Of a stretch of DNA of 20,000 nt, positions 1 to 10,526 are shown piece by piece. The notes below the pieces were generated by a model. The model searched no databases, was not told the origin of the DNA, and saw nothing but the letters and a program-made list of their open reading frames with translations. The stretch is taken from the IMG/VR virus record IMGVR_UViG_3300042484_000728; one strand, written 5' to 3'. The position numbers and the translations under genes are program-made. Origin of the DNA: an uncultured virus (IMG/VR IMGVR_UViG_3300042484_000728). Taxonomy: Duplodnaviria; Heunggongvirae; Uroviricota; Caudoviricetes. Position 1 is the stretch's first letter. Every line of letters begins with the position of its first letter.

Positions 1-2
1 CT

Positions 3-3000
3 CCAAGTTTCGGTGACTATCGCGATAGCTTCTTACTTGAATTAGAACTACGTATCTATAACAATATTAAATTATCTGCAAATACTACATTTAGCGAGAT
101 CTTTAGTGTAGTTCCGGGTAAATTTAGAAGTAGCGATTATACATTAGCAGATGCAAACCAAGTGCGAAGTCAAAGTTTCTTAAACTGGGTTGGTAACAAC
201 AAACTTGATTATACTATTAATGATACTTTTGACCCCAATGATCCGTTCACTTGGAACTACAGTTCAAGTCGCGATCGTGTAAATGGTGAATTGTTGCCGG
301 GTAGTTGGCGTGCATGTTATATGTATTTCTATGATACAATTCGTCCGCATTTAACACCTTGGGAAATGTTAGGATTTCCTAGTCAACCAGACTGGTGGCA
401 AGGCTTCTATGGTCCTGCACCATTTACTGGCGGCAATAAAGTTCTATGGGACGATTTAGAAGCAGGATACATCCGTTACGGTGATCGTCAAGGCATTGAC
501 CCACATTATGTACGCCCTGGCCTGTCAGATTTTATTCCAGTAGATGAAAACGGTAACTTAATCAGTGTGGCACAATTGTTATGTCGTACATTTAACAGCA
601 AACAAGCAGGCGCAGCCTGGGCTATTGGCCAACAAGGTCCTGTGGAATTTGCCTGGCGTACGAGCAGCGACTTTCCATTCGCCGCCCAACAGGCCTTGGC
701 GTTATTAAAACCAGCTAAGTATTTTGGTACATTAATTGACGTAAACTCATATACTCCGTTAAATGCACTATACACTTTCTCAACTGATGTGCAGGGTATT
801 ACAACAGAAATTACTCAATACCTTGAAGATAGTACAAATAGACAGATTACACAGTCTGCAGTTGACTATAATGGTAATACCAGTGCTGGTACAGTTTATC
901 GCGGCGCAGGCTATATTAACTGGATTACTGAATATTTGATCAACCAAGGCGTCAGCCCGGCAAAATATCTACTGCCGCTGGTACAAAACTTTCAAGTTAA
1001 TTTAACCTATAAGGTAAGCGGATTTACAGATCAAAAATATCTAGAAGTATTAGCCGAACAAGTCAGTCCAACAAGTACCAATGATAGTATTCTTATACCT
1101 AATGAAAACTATAAAGTATTCCTAAATGAAAAACCAGTGGCCATGGATGAAATCATTTACAGTGCGTTAATTATTGAAAAAACAAATAATGGTTATAGTA
1201 TGCGCGGCTATGATTTGTTTAATAGTTACTTTACAATCATTCCAAGTATTATAAACAATAATGCTAGTAAAATTAAAGTACTGAACAGTACAGCTACCAT
1301 CTATAATGATTATCAAAATCTATTAATGAATGTACCCTACGGTTATGAATTTAATACGCAACAACAGGTAGTTGATTTTATGATCAGCTACGAACGTTAT
1401 CTAATAGCACAAGGATGGACATTTACAGATACTGATCCCCAATTAAATGAAATCAAAAACTGGCGGTTAAGCGCACGTGAATTCTTATACTGGGCTCAAC
1501 AAGGATGGAAAGCGGGCAGTATTTTAGTAGTAAGTCCAGTATCGAACACATTAAATGCCATTACCAGCGGTGCGGTGACAGAAGGCATCGAAGATAGTCA
1601 ATACGGTAGTAGAGTTGTTGACCAAAACTTTAATCTTATTAAGAATAACAATTATGCAGTTTATAGAACACCTACAGAGTTCAAATTAGAGCTGCAAGAT
1701 GAGGCCAGTGTTATCGGTTATGTAAAAGTTTCATTGGTGCAATACGAACATACGCTAATTTTTGATAATACCACAGTGTTCAATGACGTTATCTACCAAC
1801 CAAGTAGTGGTAACCGCCAGTTCCGTTTAAAACTAATTGGTCAGCGCACCGCAGATTGGGACGGTAGTCTAAGCCCAGAAGGTTACATATATAACAGCGG
1901 CGTAGTAGATGCCTGGTACCAAGGCCAAGATTATCTTAAAGGTGATCTGGTACAATACAAGAGTCAATATTATACTGCTCTTCGAGATATCCCCGCTAAT
2001 GGAACATTTCAGTTCCAAAACTGGCAGGTGTTAGGCAAGAACGAAATACAAACAGGCCTACTGCCTAATTTTAGCACAATTGCTGTAGAAAGTCAATCAT
2101 TTTATGATAGTTACGCTAAGATACGTAACAAAAATCAAATGGCCTACAGTCATGCACTTATTGGCTTTAGAGAACGTCAATACCTTAGTGATTTAGGTCT
2201 AACAGAAACAACACAAATTGAATTCTACAAAGGTTACGTAGCGCAAAAAGGTACTAAGAATGCAGTTGATGCGTTTACCAAAGCAACTATTAATAACCTA
2301 ACTAGCAACATTGCACTATATGAAGAGTGGGCAGTGCGTGTTGGTGAATACGGTGCACTGACTAGCAATCCGTTTGTTGAAATTGCCTTAGATGAAAAAG
2401 CATTTGGGGTAAACCCTAGTGTGGCGAGTTTTGTAGACGCTGCCGATAATAATTTAGCCAATGGGGTTACTATATTCAATAGTACACAATTGCATAAATC
2501 ATATGGTGCATACTCTGCTAATGTTGCTTTGAACAGAACTGAAAATAGTGACTATGACAATGATATTCCTACAGCAGGATATGTAAATATTGACGACGTA
2601 GATTTGCAAATTTTTGACTTAACAAATTATGTTGACTTGGATAATAAGATTGCAGATATGGGCAGTGGTTATCTAATTTGGGTAGCTAAAGACTTTACGC
2701 AAGATTGGAATGTATTTCGCGTAACAGAAACTAATAATCAGATCACCGCAGTGACAAATAGTCTGAATGGATATATTACATTTACTACAGATAATCCACA
2801 CGGCCTTTCTAAATATGATATATTCTTAGTTAAGAATTTTGACGCGGCCTACAACGGCTTCTATCAAGTACTACGTGTAACTGGTGCATCGAGTCTTTTG
2901 GTAAGATATACAGGCGATATTACTAACCTAGGTAACTTAACTACACAAACAGGTAGTGGTATGTTATTCCGTTTAGATAGCATGCGCTTTAAATACATGG

Positions 3001-6000
3001 AAGAAAGTCGTGTGTACGGGTTGTTAAATCCACCCAACGGCTGGAAAGTTGGAGATAAGATTTGGATTGACATAGATGCAGAAACCACCGCAGTACAAGG
3101 TCAACCATTTGGCACACAACCTAGCGGCACATGGAAGGTATATGAAAAACAAACGCCGTGGGGCCTGGATCAAGAGGTAATTAAAGGCGGTAGTGAATAT
3201 GTGCCCAATGACGGATTTGGGACTTCAGTAAAAATGTCGTCAGACGGTTTGATTATCGTTGCCGGAGCAGCACAACAAGGACAAATTCAATTTACCACAA
3301 CAGGCTATTTAAACGCCAATGTTGGTGCTTATATCGAACAGGTTTCGTCTGGTGCTAACTTAACTTTAGTTAGCAACCTAGGTGGAAACATATATGCTGG
3401 TCAATACAATAATAATTTTACGTTTGACTCAACTGGTAACTTATCTATACTTTCTATAGACACTGGCGCTAAATTTATATCATCTACTACACGCATTGGT
3501 TATGTAAATACGTTCCTTAAAAACTATGCAGGCGAATTTGATCAAGGTCTCATATTGACCCCAACAGCCGCAAATACCTATGCATACGGTCATTCAGTTG
3601 ATCTAGCAACTACAGCTGCTGGTAATACTAAAGTAGCAATCGGTGCTCCGAGTAGCTGGTCAGGAAACGGATACGTGTATATCTATGACAAAACCTTATC
3701 AAGCTACTCGTTTGATCGTAGTCAAATTCTTGTAAGTAATGTTACTGGTGACCAATTCGGTTACAGTATGGCATTTAATCAAGACGGTGAGTGGTTATAC
3801 ATCAGTGCTCCGGGTAATAACAGTGTTTATGCATACGGATTAAAACGTTATGTTCCAGTACAAACACAGCTTACTTCTGTTAATAACAAAAATACTGTAT
3901 ACCTAAACAGTCCTATTTCAGTTAACCCAACTGACGTATTAATACAGGCTAATACTGGCGCAAGAACTTCTGTTCTTAGTGTAGTTTCTAGCACAGAAAT
4001 TGTTGTTGATAACATTACAAACTTTGTAAAAGTAACAACAGGCACAGACGGTAATGTGGTAATTGATGCCAACTTAACTATACTTGCTAACATTAGTGTT
4101 TTAAGTAGTGGTAACTTAGTATCATATGGTGTTTATCCAACCGACCTAAGAAGCAATGCCGCAGTGAGCAGTATTCAGATAAACTCATTTACACCAGACT
4201 TTACTTCGGGTAGTGATGCTAGTAGTTTATTAGTTACTAGTTTAGATAAAACATTTATACCTAATATTGACTATGTATTCGATTACAGCACACGTACCGT
4301 TAGATTTATCAACAACGGTAATATTGCCAGCAATGCTAATATTTCTGCAACGACCGTTACTATTACGCAACGCCCTTACTATGCCTTGGTACAAAAATTA
4401 ACTGTTCCTACTGGTAACAGTTGGGCACAGTTTGGATATGCTATTTCCTCAAGTTTTGATGGTGCACAGGTAGCTGTTGGTGCCCCCGGCGATACCGTTG
4501 AAGATATCAACGGTATACTTCAATTGGGTGCTGGTGCAGTTTATGTATACGATCGTGTTATTGAAGCATTTAATTCAGTTACTGATGCAGTAGCTGGTAC
4601 AGGTGGCCAAGACTATAACACTGAAAATATCATTGCAACTGTACATAAAGTTACCATTGACGGTATTGAAAATATACAATATACAGTAGTAGGTACTAAT
4701 ACAATCAGATTTACTAATCCGCCTGCAATTGGCCAGGTTATTCTTGTTGAGGTTAATAAATTTAACTACCTAGAACGCCTAATCGGTGTAGATAGTTTAA
4801 CAGGCGGCTTAGCTGCAATTCAGGCAAACGCTGCGTTCGGTACGAGCTTAACAATTTGTAGTAATAACTGTGCGATTTACATTGGTGCACCATATTATGA
4901 TAACGGTACAGAATATAACAGTGGTGCCGTATGGAAATTCCATAACCGCGGTAGATTGTATGGTACTGACACGGGCTATGTACTAAACCCAACATTTAAT
5001 CCAGTTGATACAATTCGTTTAAACAATTTTGAAGTTCGTATTAGTCTAGGCCTAACAGGCAACGTAACTGTAAGTACTGGAGATTGGATCACACAACCAA
5101 GCACTGGCGCTAACGTGCGAGTGACAGAAAGTACTACAGGTGACATTGTTAAAGTTTCAGGATATCAAAACGCCTACGTATTCTCAACAGGTGCAAACGT
5201 AGCAATTAATAACTCGTGGACTGCATCAAATGTTGCAGTTAGGTTAACTACCTTAGACGAATTTGTACAAGATGTAAATGACGCTAACATTTTAGGAGTA
5301 ACAGCCACAAATGAAAACGGATATTTACGTTTAGACTCAGATGTTAAAGTTGCCAAAGACCAACTACGTATACTTTCAGGCATTACGAATTCTAGTAGTG
5401 CAGGTGTACTTGCAGAATCTGAAATGATTGTATTTGCATTCATGCAGATTATTGTTAATCCTTACGGGTTACCTGGTGAATATTTTGGTACAAAAGTTAA
5501 ACTAGCAGCAAATGCATACATGCTAGTGATTGGTAGTGCTCGAGGCACTACTAAAGAACTTACAACCATTGATGTGAGTACTACGACCAACGGAACTGTA
5601 TTTGACGCGGCGTCTACTAGACTACATGATAGAATACCAGGTAGTGGTAGTGTTTACATTTACGAATTATATGACGATCCACGTGATGATGTAGAGGATC
5701 CGGGACGATATGCATTTGCACAACAATTAGACCCGGGTATATTAATTCCCGGCGGTCAATTTGGATATGCATTAGATATTGAAGGGGCATATATTACTAT
5801 TGCAGCACCATTTATGGCACCAGCGGGTGCACCTGCTAAATCCGGTAGTATCTATGTGTTTAGTAACCCTACGATGGCTAGGGGCTGGGGACTAATACGT
5901 TATCAATCTCCTAAAGTTGATTTAGATAGTGTAACTCGTGCGTACCTATACAGTAGTCAAACTAATTTAATTGAAGAAAATTTACAATTTGTTGATCCAG

Positions 6001-9000
6001 CTAAAGGGCGCATATTAGGACAAGCAGAAGAAAATATTTCATTTAAGACAGAATACGATCCTGCTGTTTATAATAAAGGATATAACTCAGAAGCTGATAT
6101 TAATTCTAGTGTCTACTGGAGTGACAAACAAGTAGGAAAAGTTTGGTGGGATTTAAGTACTGTTCGCTTTATTGATTACGAACAAGATTCACTAACCTAT
6201 CGTAGTCTACATTGGGGTGAGTTGTTCCCAGGAAGTTCGATTAATGTGTATGAATGGATAGAAAGCACAGTATTACCAAGCCAATATGTTAACACTAATG
6301 GAGCATTACAGGGCATACCTAAACATGAAGACGATAGTGCGTATGTTGAAATAATTACGGTTGATCAGACAACAGGCATTATTACTACTAGGTATTTTTT
6401 CTGGGTATACGATCAAACTCATTTAGATGACACGATACCGAGCCGTACCTTGCCAGTGAAGGCAATCGTAGATTATATTGCAAATCCTAAATCACAAGGT
6501 ATTCCTTATGCGGCTATGATACGCAGTAATGCTATTGTATTCTACAATGTTGCTACTTACCTAAGTTCCGATAATACCATTGTTCACTTAGATCATCAAT
6601 TAGAAATTAACACTGATTTGATTCACAGTGAATACGAGTTAATACAAAAAGGTAATCCTAATAATCCGATTCCGACTAAATTAGTTAACAAGTTTGTCGA
6701 CAGTTTAGCAGGGATTGACCAGCAGGGTTCAACGGTGCCTGATCCAACATTGAGTTTAGCAGATCGATATGGTGTTGATATTCGTCCACGCCAAAGTATG
6801 TTTGTTGATAGACTATCAGCAGTCAATGAAATGATTCAATATGTTAATGATATTTTTGCTATTAATCCTATTGCTGAACAATTTGACTTAACCGGATTAA
6901 ATGCTCAAGAAGCAGAGCCTAATTTTAAATTAGGTGAATATGATCAAGCAGTGTCGACAGAAGTTGAGTTAGAGTATATAGACACATTGCCGTTATCACC
7001 GGGATACCGTGTACTAGTTAAAAACGATACATCACAAAACGGATTGTGGGTTTTATATACATTAACAGATAGTAAGAGTTGGCTGATCACCAGAGTACAA
7101 AGTTATAAAACAAGTATCTATTGGTCATATGCTGACTGGTATGCTACAGGATATAGTGCTTCAACTAAACCAGACTTTAGCGTAGAAACTACAGTTAATG
7201 CACTTGCATTACAAGCAATTGCCGGCAGTGTAATTTATATTCGCAACGCTACAGGTAATAATACATGGCAACTAGTAGTAGTTGAGGTTGGCGGTGGATT
7301 GGGTGTAGTAGGCATCCAAAACGGTACAGTACAATTAGATACTACACTAGGTAATTATGTAGATAATAATTTAGGGTTTGGTAATCAAGATTTTGATAGC
7401 AACAGATACGATCAAAATCCTAACAAAGAAATTCGTTCGATTGTACAAGCATTATATAATAACATTTTTAAAAATACCTTACAAGGTGAATTTAATAACT
7501 TGTTCTTTGTAATGATTAACTATCTATTAACTGAACAAACTTATGTAGATTGGTTATTTAAATCTAGCTTTATTAGTATCACACATAAACTAAGAACTCT
7601 AAGTCAGTTCCCGAGCTATGTAGTTGATAACCAAACATACTATCAAAATTACATTGAAGAAGTTAAACCGTACCGTACTAAGATACGTGAATATCTATTA
7701 GATTATACAGGCAATGACACTTTTGGCGGCGATATTACAGACTTTGACTTACCGGCTTACTATGATACATTTGGTCTTACATCAATGTTCCGTAGTCCGA
7801 GCGGAGAAGCACCGTATGTGGCCAAGGATTCAGCAACATGGCAAACATGGCCGTATAACCAATGGTACAATAATAGAAATCTTGTAGTAGATGGCATTAG
7901 AATTGAAAATGCCGGTAAAGGATACATCCTTCCACCTGCGATAACTATTATCAGCACTGACGGTAATGGAAACGGTGCCACGGCCACTGCAACTCTTGAT
8001 GGTAATTCGGGTAGTTTAATTTCTATTACAGTGACAAACAGTGGCTCAGGCTACACCACAACCCCAACTGTAATTGTAAATGGTTCTGTAGTAGGTAATA
8101 TTGTAGTTATTGGTGGCAATGTAAACTTAATATCATCCACATACACTATTAATTCAACTGCTGGTTTATTCACTGGAATGAGCGCAAACACAGCATTTGA
8201 TGCAACCACAGTGATTGCGGCAATTGACAGTGCAAACAGTCAAATTACCATGTCGTCGGCTAATATTTCCTCATTTACCGGCACTGCAATTAGCTTCGGA
8301 TATACAAGTATAAATGCAGGTACCGTTGCTACTGCGTATGCAGTAATGAAAAACCCTGTAGTGCGTTCATTTAACAGCACACTTAAATTTGACCGTATTA
8401 ACTATACAAGTAATGTCAAGGTGTGGACAGCTAATACTACCTACATTCAAACACAGTTTGATGCTAATGGTCGTGTAAGTAGCGGTGATATCATTACCTA
8501 TGCATTCCAAGACGGCAATGTTATGCTACGTAAAGCGTATTTTATAAATTCTAATATCACAACCTCAACACAGTTCATACCTAGTGATTATACAGTATGT
8601 CCAGCAAGCTACTTTAGCAATGCTAACGACCGTATTATTGGTTACTACGAGCCAGCAAACGTAATGCCGGCGGTGGATACTATACAAACTGCGGTAACTA
8701 TGGCTAATACAGCCACTAACACAAACACTATCTATGTGTATAATGCAGCCAGTCTTGCTAAAAATATGTATATTGGTGAAAGTGGTGTACAAGCGGGCTA
8801 TGTAACGGGTCTAATTGGTAATATTAATTTACAAGTTAATAGCCTGGGACACTTTTATGGTAATCTATACAAAGGCAGTACTGCAATTGAAAATATTACC
8901 AACATGTCGGGTCTACAAGTTGGACAGTATGTAACTGGTGCTAATATTGGATTTGAAGCCACTATTGTAAGTGTTAACTATACAACAAACAGCGTTAACT

Positions 9001-10508
9001 TAACAGATACAATCAGTGGTAATCTTACATTGGCTAATATTAGCTTTGGCGGCATCCCAATTAAAGTAACACAGGTTACACTAAGTACCAACGTAACACT
9101 AGCTACTGATACAACTATCACAGCACGTTATGACAGCTTAGAACAATTAGTACCAGGAGTAACATATCCAACATCAGTAACGCAAAGCGTACCATTTACG
9201 CTAAATCCATTATTTGGACGTAGTTATGATATTGCACCGTATGATCCTGTACAATTTAGCAAGGATGGTATTGCATTATTATCAACAAGCGTGTATGATC
9301 AAGCATTGTATAGCCTATATGCTAACATTGCATTGGGTACAGCACCTGAAGATATAGTAACACAGGGTGGTCAATTTATTGATACATATCATAGCCGTGC
9401 TCCGGAAGAACTTGTACCGGGTATTACGTTTGACACGTTAGATATGCGTATCTATACTAAAGTTGGTGCAAACGTAGCTGCTTATCGTATATTTGATAAT
9501 ATGGTTAACGAACCAGCATATTTGAAGATTTCAACTGCCAATACCACACAATTATCAACTAATTTAAGTATTACAGATGCTAACATTTATGTTATAGATG
9601 CAACATTATTAACTGAACCTAGTCCATTATATGCTCGCCCTGGTGTAGTGTTTATTAACGGTGAACGTATCACGTATTACAAAAAAAATATCTATACTCC
9701 TGTGGTATGGTCAGCTAATACAGCATACGCTGCGGGCACTGCAATTAACTATGCAGGTAATAACTATATTGTTACTGGTAACGTTAATGCTAATAGTTGG
9801 AACTATGTAAGTACTGCAAACATCAGCTACTTACCTGGTACAAATGTACTTGGCCAAATACGCCGCGGTACCCAAGGTACCGGTGCTAATGTATTATATC
9901 CAGTGGGTGTACGGGTAACTGATGCTAGTCCTAACCAAACATTACCAGATACAGTATACGGTAATTTAATGGTAAATGCTAATGTACTTTACAATTCAGG
10001 AACTGGAGGAAATATATTAGAAGGCAATGGATTAGTTGGTTCAACAACTAGTGCAGCAATGTTTATAAAAGATTGGCCATCATATGACCCAACAAACATC
10101 TATACTTATGTAATCAATACACCGGTTACTAACTGGAGCCTAGCAGTAAACGCAAGCACAGCAAGATTTGCATCTAACGTAACAATTTCTGATGTATTTG
10201 GTGTAGTTGTTACTAGTTCAGCCACTGAAAGCCTACTACCTGCGTCCAGCAGAACAATGAAGTATACATGGGAATGGTCTGCTGACGGTATTACTTGGAA
10301 TGTAATTACTGATAGCTGGACTTATATTGATGGAATACAGTTTGCTCAAGGTACAAATAACACCTTAAGTTTAGTTAACTTAAATGATCCTGCGCACGCA
10401 TGGTACCCAACAGGACCAATAGGATATCAAGTTAGATGTACTACTACATTTAACAGCATTTACGGGCTAATACCGTTTGCGTCAGCCACGGGTACTATAA
10501 CAGCTTAA
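3..10508 (+). CDS. Giant multidomain virion structural protein, probable baseplate wedge (5'-truncated, at least 3501 aa)
   Basis: The frame is open from nt 3 (PSFGDYRDSFLLELELRIYNNIK...), so the track's GTG start at 162 is probably internal. Contains wedge-like FYKGYVAQKGT (~2223-2255) and IEEVKPYRT (~7653-7679), seven FG-GAP-like repeats, GxGY-containing beta repeats (~7905-8080) and a C-terminal Ig-like segment. It lies upstream of fibre genes. Confidence 0.8.
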   Translation, partial: PSFGDYRDSFLLELELRIYNNIKLSANTTFSEIFSVVPGKFRSSDYTLADANQVRSQSFLNWVGNNKLDYTINDTFDPNDPFTWNYSSSRDRVNGELLPGSWRACYMYFYDTIRPHLTPWEMLGFPSQPDWWQGFYGPAPFTGGNKVLWDDLEAGYIRYGDRQGIDPHYVRPGLSDFIPVDENGNLISVAQLLCRTFNSKQAGAAWAIGQQGPVEFAWRTSSDFPFAAQQALALLKPAKYFGTLIDVNSYTPLNALYTFSTDVQGITTEITQYLEDSTNRQITQSAVDYNGNTSAGTVYRGAGYINWITEYLINQGVSPAKYLLPLVQNFQVNLTYKVSGFTDQKYLEVLAEQVSPTSTNDSILIPNENYKVFLNEKPVAMDEIIYSALIIEKTNNGYSMRGYDLFNSYFTIIPSIINNNASKIKVLNSTATIYNDYQNLLMNVPYGYEFNTQQQVVDFMISYERYLIAQGWTFTDTDPQLNEIKNWRLSAREFLYWAQQGWKAGSILVVSPVSNTLNAITSGAVTEGIEDSQYGSRVVDQNFNLIKNNNYAVYRTPTEFKLELQDEASVIGYVKVSLVQYEHTLIFDNTTVFNDVIYQPSSGNRQFRLKLIGQRTADWDGSLSPEGYIYNSGVVDAWYQGQDYLKGDLVQYKSQYYTALRDIPANGTFQFQNWQVLGKNEIQTGLLPNFSTIAVESQSFYDSYAKIRNKNQMAYSHALIGFRERQYLSDLGLTETTQIEFYKGYVAQKGTKNAVDAFTKATINNLTSNIALYEEWAVRVGEYGALTSNPFVEIALDEKAFGVNPSVASFVDAADNNLANGVTIFNSTQLHKSYGAYSANVALNRTENSDYDNDIPTAGYVNIDDVDLQIFDLTNYVDLDNKIADMGSGYLIWVAKDFTQDWNVFRVTETNNQITAVTNSLNGYITFTTDNPHGLSKYDIFLVKNFDAAYNGFYQVLRVTGASSLLVRYTGDITNLGNLTTQTGSGMLFRLDSMRFKYMEESRVYGLLNPPNGWKVGDKIWIDIDAETTAVQGQPFGTQPSGTWKVYEKQTPWGLDQEVIKGGSEYVPNDGFGTSVKMSSDGLIIVAGAAQQGQIQFTTTGYLNANVGAYIEQVSSGANLTLVSNLGGNIYAGQYNNNFTFDSTGNLSILSIDTGAKFISSTTRIGYVNTFLKNYAGEFDQGLILTPTAANTYAYGHSVDLATTAAGNTKVAIGAPSSWSGNGYVYIYDKTLSSYSFDRSQILVSNVTGDQFGYSMAFNQDGEWLYISAPGNNSVYAYGLKRYVPVQTQLTSVNNKNTVYLNSPISVNPTDVLIQANTGARTSVLSVVSSTEIVVDNITNFVKVTTGTDGNVVIDANLTILANISVLSSGNLVSYGVYPTDLRSNAAVSSIQINSFTPDFTSGSDASSLLVTSLDKTFIPNIDYVFDYSTRTVRFINNGNIASNANISATTVTITQRPYYALVQKLTVPTGNSWAQFGYAISSSFDGAQVAVGAPGDTVEDINGILQLGAGAVYVYDRVIEAFNSVTDAVAGTGGQDYNTENIIATVHKVTIDGIENIQYTVVGTNTIRFTNPPAIGQVILVEVNKFNYLERLIGVDSLTGGLAAIQANAAFGTSLTICSNNCAIYIGAPYYDNGTEYNSGAVWKFHNRGRLYGTDTGYVLNPTFNPVDTIRLNNFEVRISLGLTGNVTVSTGDWITQPSTGANVRVTESTTGDIVKVSGYQNAYVFSTGANVAINNSWTASNVAVRLTTLDEFVQDVNDANILGVTATNENGYLRLDSDVKVAKDQLRILSGITNSSSAGVLAESEMIVFAFMQIIVNPYGLPGEYFGTKVKLAANAYMLVIGSARGTTKELTTIDVSTTTNGTVFDAASTRLHDRIPGSGSVYIYELYDDPRDDVEDPGRYAFAQQLDPGILIPGGQFGYALDIEGAYITIAAPFMAPAGAPAKSGSIYVFSNPTMARGWGLIRYQSPKVDLDSVTRAYLYSSQTNLIEENLQFVDPAKGRILGQAEENISFKTEYDPAVYNKGYNSEADINSSVYWSDKQVGKVWWDLSTVRFIDYEQDSLTYRSLHWGELFPGSSINVYEWIESTVLPSQYVNTNGALQGIPKHEDDSAYVEIITVDQTTGIITTRYFFWVYDQTHLDDTIPSRTLPVKAIVDYIANPKSQGIPYAAMIRSNAIVFYNVATYLSSDNTIVHLDHQLEINTDLIHSEYELIQKGNPNNPIPTKLVNKFVDSLAGIDQQGSTVPDPTLSLADRYGVDIRPRQSMFVDRLSAVNEMIQYVNDIFAINPIAEQFDLTGLNAQEAEPNFKLGEYDQAVSTEVELEYIDTLPLSPGYRVLVKNDTSQNGLWVLYTLTDSKSWLITRVQSYKTSIYWSYADWYATGYSASTKPDFSVETTVNALALQAIAGSVIYIRNATGNNTWQLVVVEVGGGLGVVGIQNGTVQLDTTLGNYVDNNLGFGNQDFDSNRYDQNPNKEIRSIVQALYNNIFKNTLQGEFNNLFFVMINYLLTEQTYVDWLFKSSFISITHKLRTLSQFPSYVVDNQTYYQNYIEEVKPYRTKIREYLLDYTGNDTFGGDITDFDLPAYYDTFGLTSMFRSPSGEAPYVAKDSATWQTWPYNQWYNNRNLVVDGIRIENAGKGYILPPAITIISTDGNGNGATATATLDGNSGSLISITVTNSGSGYTTTPTVIVNGSVVGNIVVIGGNVNLISSTYTINSTAGLFTGMSANTAFDATTVIAAIDSANSQITMSSANISSFTGTAISFGYTSINAGTVATAYAVMKNPVVRSFNSTLKFDRINYTSNVKVWTANTTYIQTQFDANGRVSSGDIITYAFQDGNVMLRKAYFINSNITTSTQFIPSDYTVCPASYFSNANDRIIGYYEPANVMPAVDTIQTAVTMANTATNTNTIYVYNAASLAKNMYIGESGVQAGYVTGLIGNINLQVNSLGHFYGNLYKGSTAIENITNMSGLQVGQYVTGANIGFEATIVSVNYTTNSVNLTDTISGNLTLANISFGGIPIKVTQVTLSTNVTLATDTTITARYDSLEQLVPGVTYPTSVTQSVPFTLNPLFGRSYDIAPYDPVQFSKDGIALLSTSVYDQALYSLYANIALGTAPEDIVTQGGQFIDTYHSRAPEELVPGITFDTLDMRIYTKVGANVAAYRIFDNMVNEPAYLKISTANTTQLSTNLSITDANIYVIDATLLTEPSPLYARPGVVFINGERITYYKKNIYTPVVWSANTAYAAGTAINYAGNNYIVTGNVNANSWNYVSTANISYLPGTNVLGQIRRGTQGTGANVLYPVGVRVTDASPNQTLPDTVYGNLMVNANVLYNSGTGGNILEGNGLVGSTTSAAMFIKDWPSYDPTNIYTYVINTPVTNWSLAVNASTARFASNVTISDVFGVVVTSSATESLLPASSRTMKYTWEWSADGITWNVITDSWTYIDGIQFAQGTNNTLSLVNLNDPAHAWYPTGPIGYQVRCTTTFNSIYGLIPFASATGTITA
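1914..2030 (+). other. Short Trp/Tyr module resembling CBM5/12-type carbohydrate-binding repeats
   Basis: WYQGQDYLKGDLVQYKSQYYTA...NWQVL fits the W-x5-Y-x2-GD-x-V-x-Y pattern. A related copy, WSANTAYAAGTAINYAGNNY, is at ~9708-9770. Confidence 0.5.
3210..5862 (+). repeat. Seven FG-GAP-like (integrin-alpha-type) beta-propeller repeats within the giant protein
   Basis: FGTSV..VAGAA (~3216), YGHSV..IGAP..GYVYIY (~3585), FGYSM..ISAP..SVYAY (~3756), FGYAI..VGAP..GAVYVY (~4431), FGTSL..IGAP..GAVWKF (~4836), FGTKV..IGSA..GSVYIY (~5484), FGYAL..IAAP..GSIYVF (~5760). Confidence 0.8.
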
Positions 10509-10526
10509 ATAATTGTAGATTATGGA

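Noticed and set aside
162..164. GTG start given by the ORF track for the giant gene
   Set aside because: The frame is open and protein-like from nt 3, so the true start probably lies upstream of the window.
9681..9688. A8 run as a frameshift or phase-variation site
   Set aside because: It encodes an in-frame KKN in AT-rich DNA, and there is no evidence for an alternative product.
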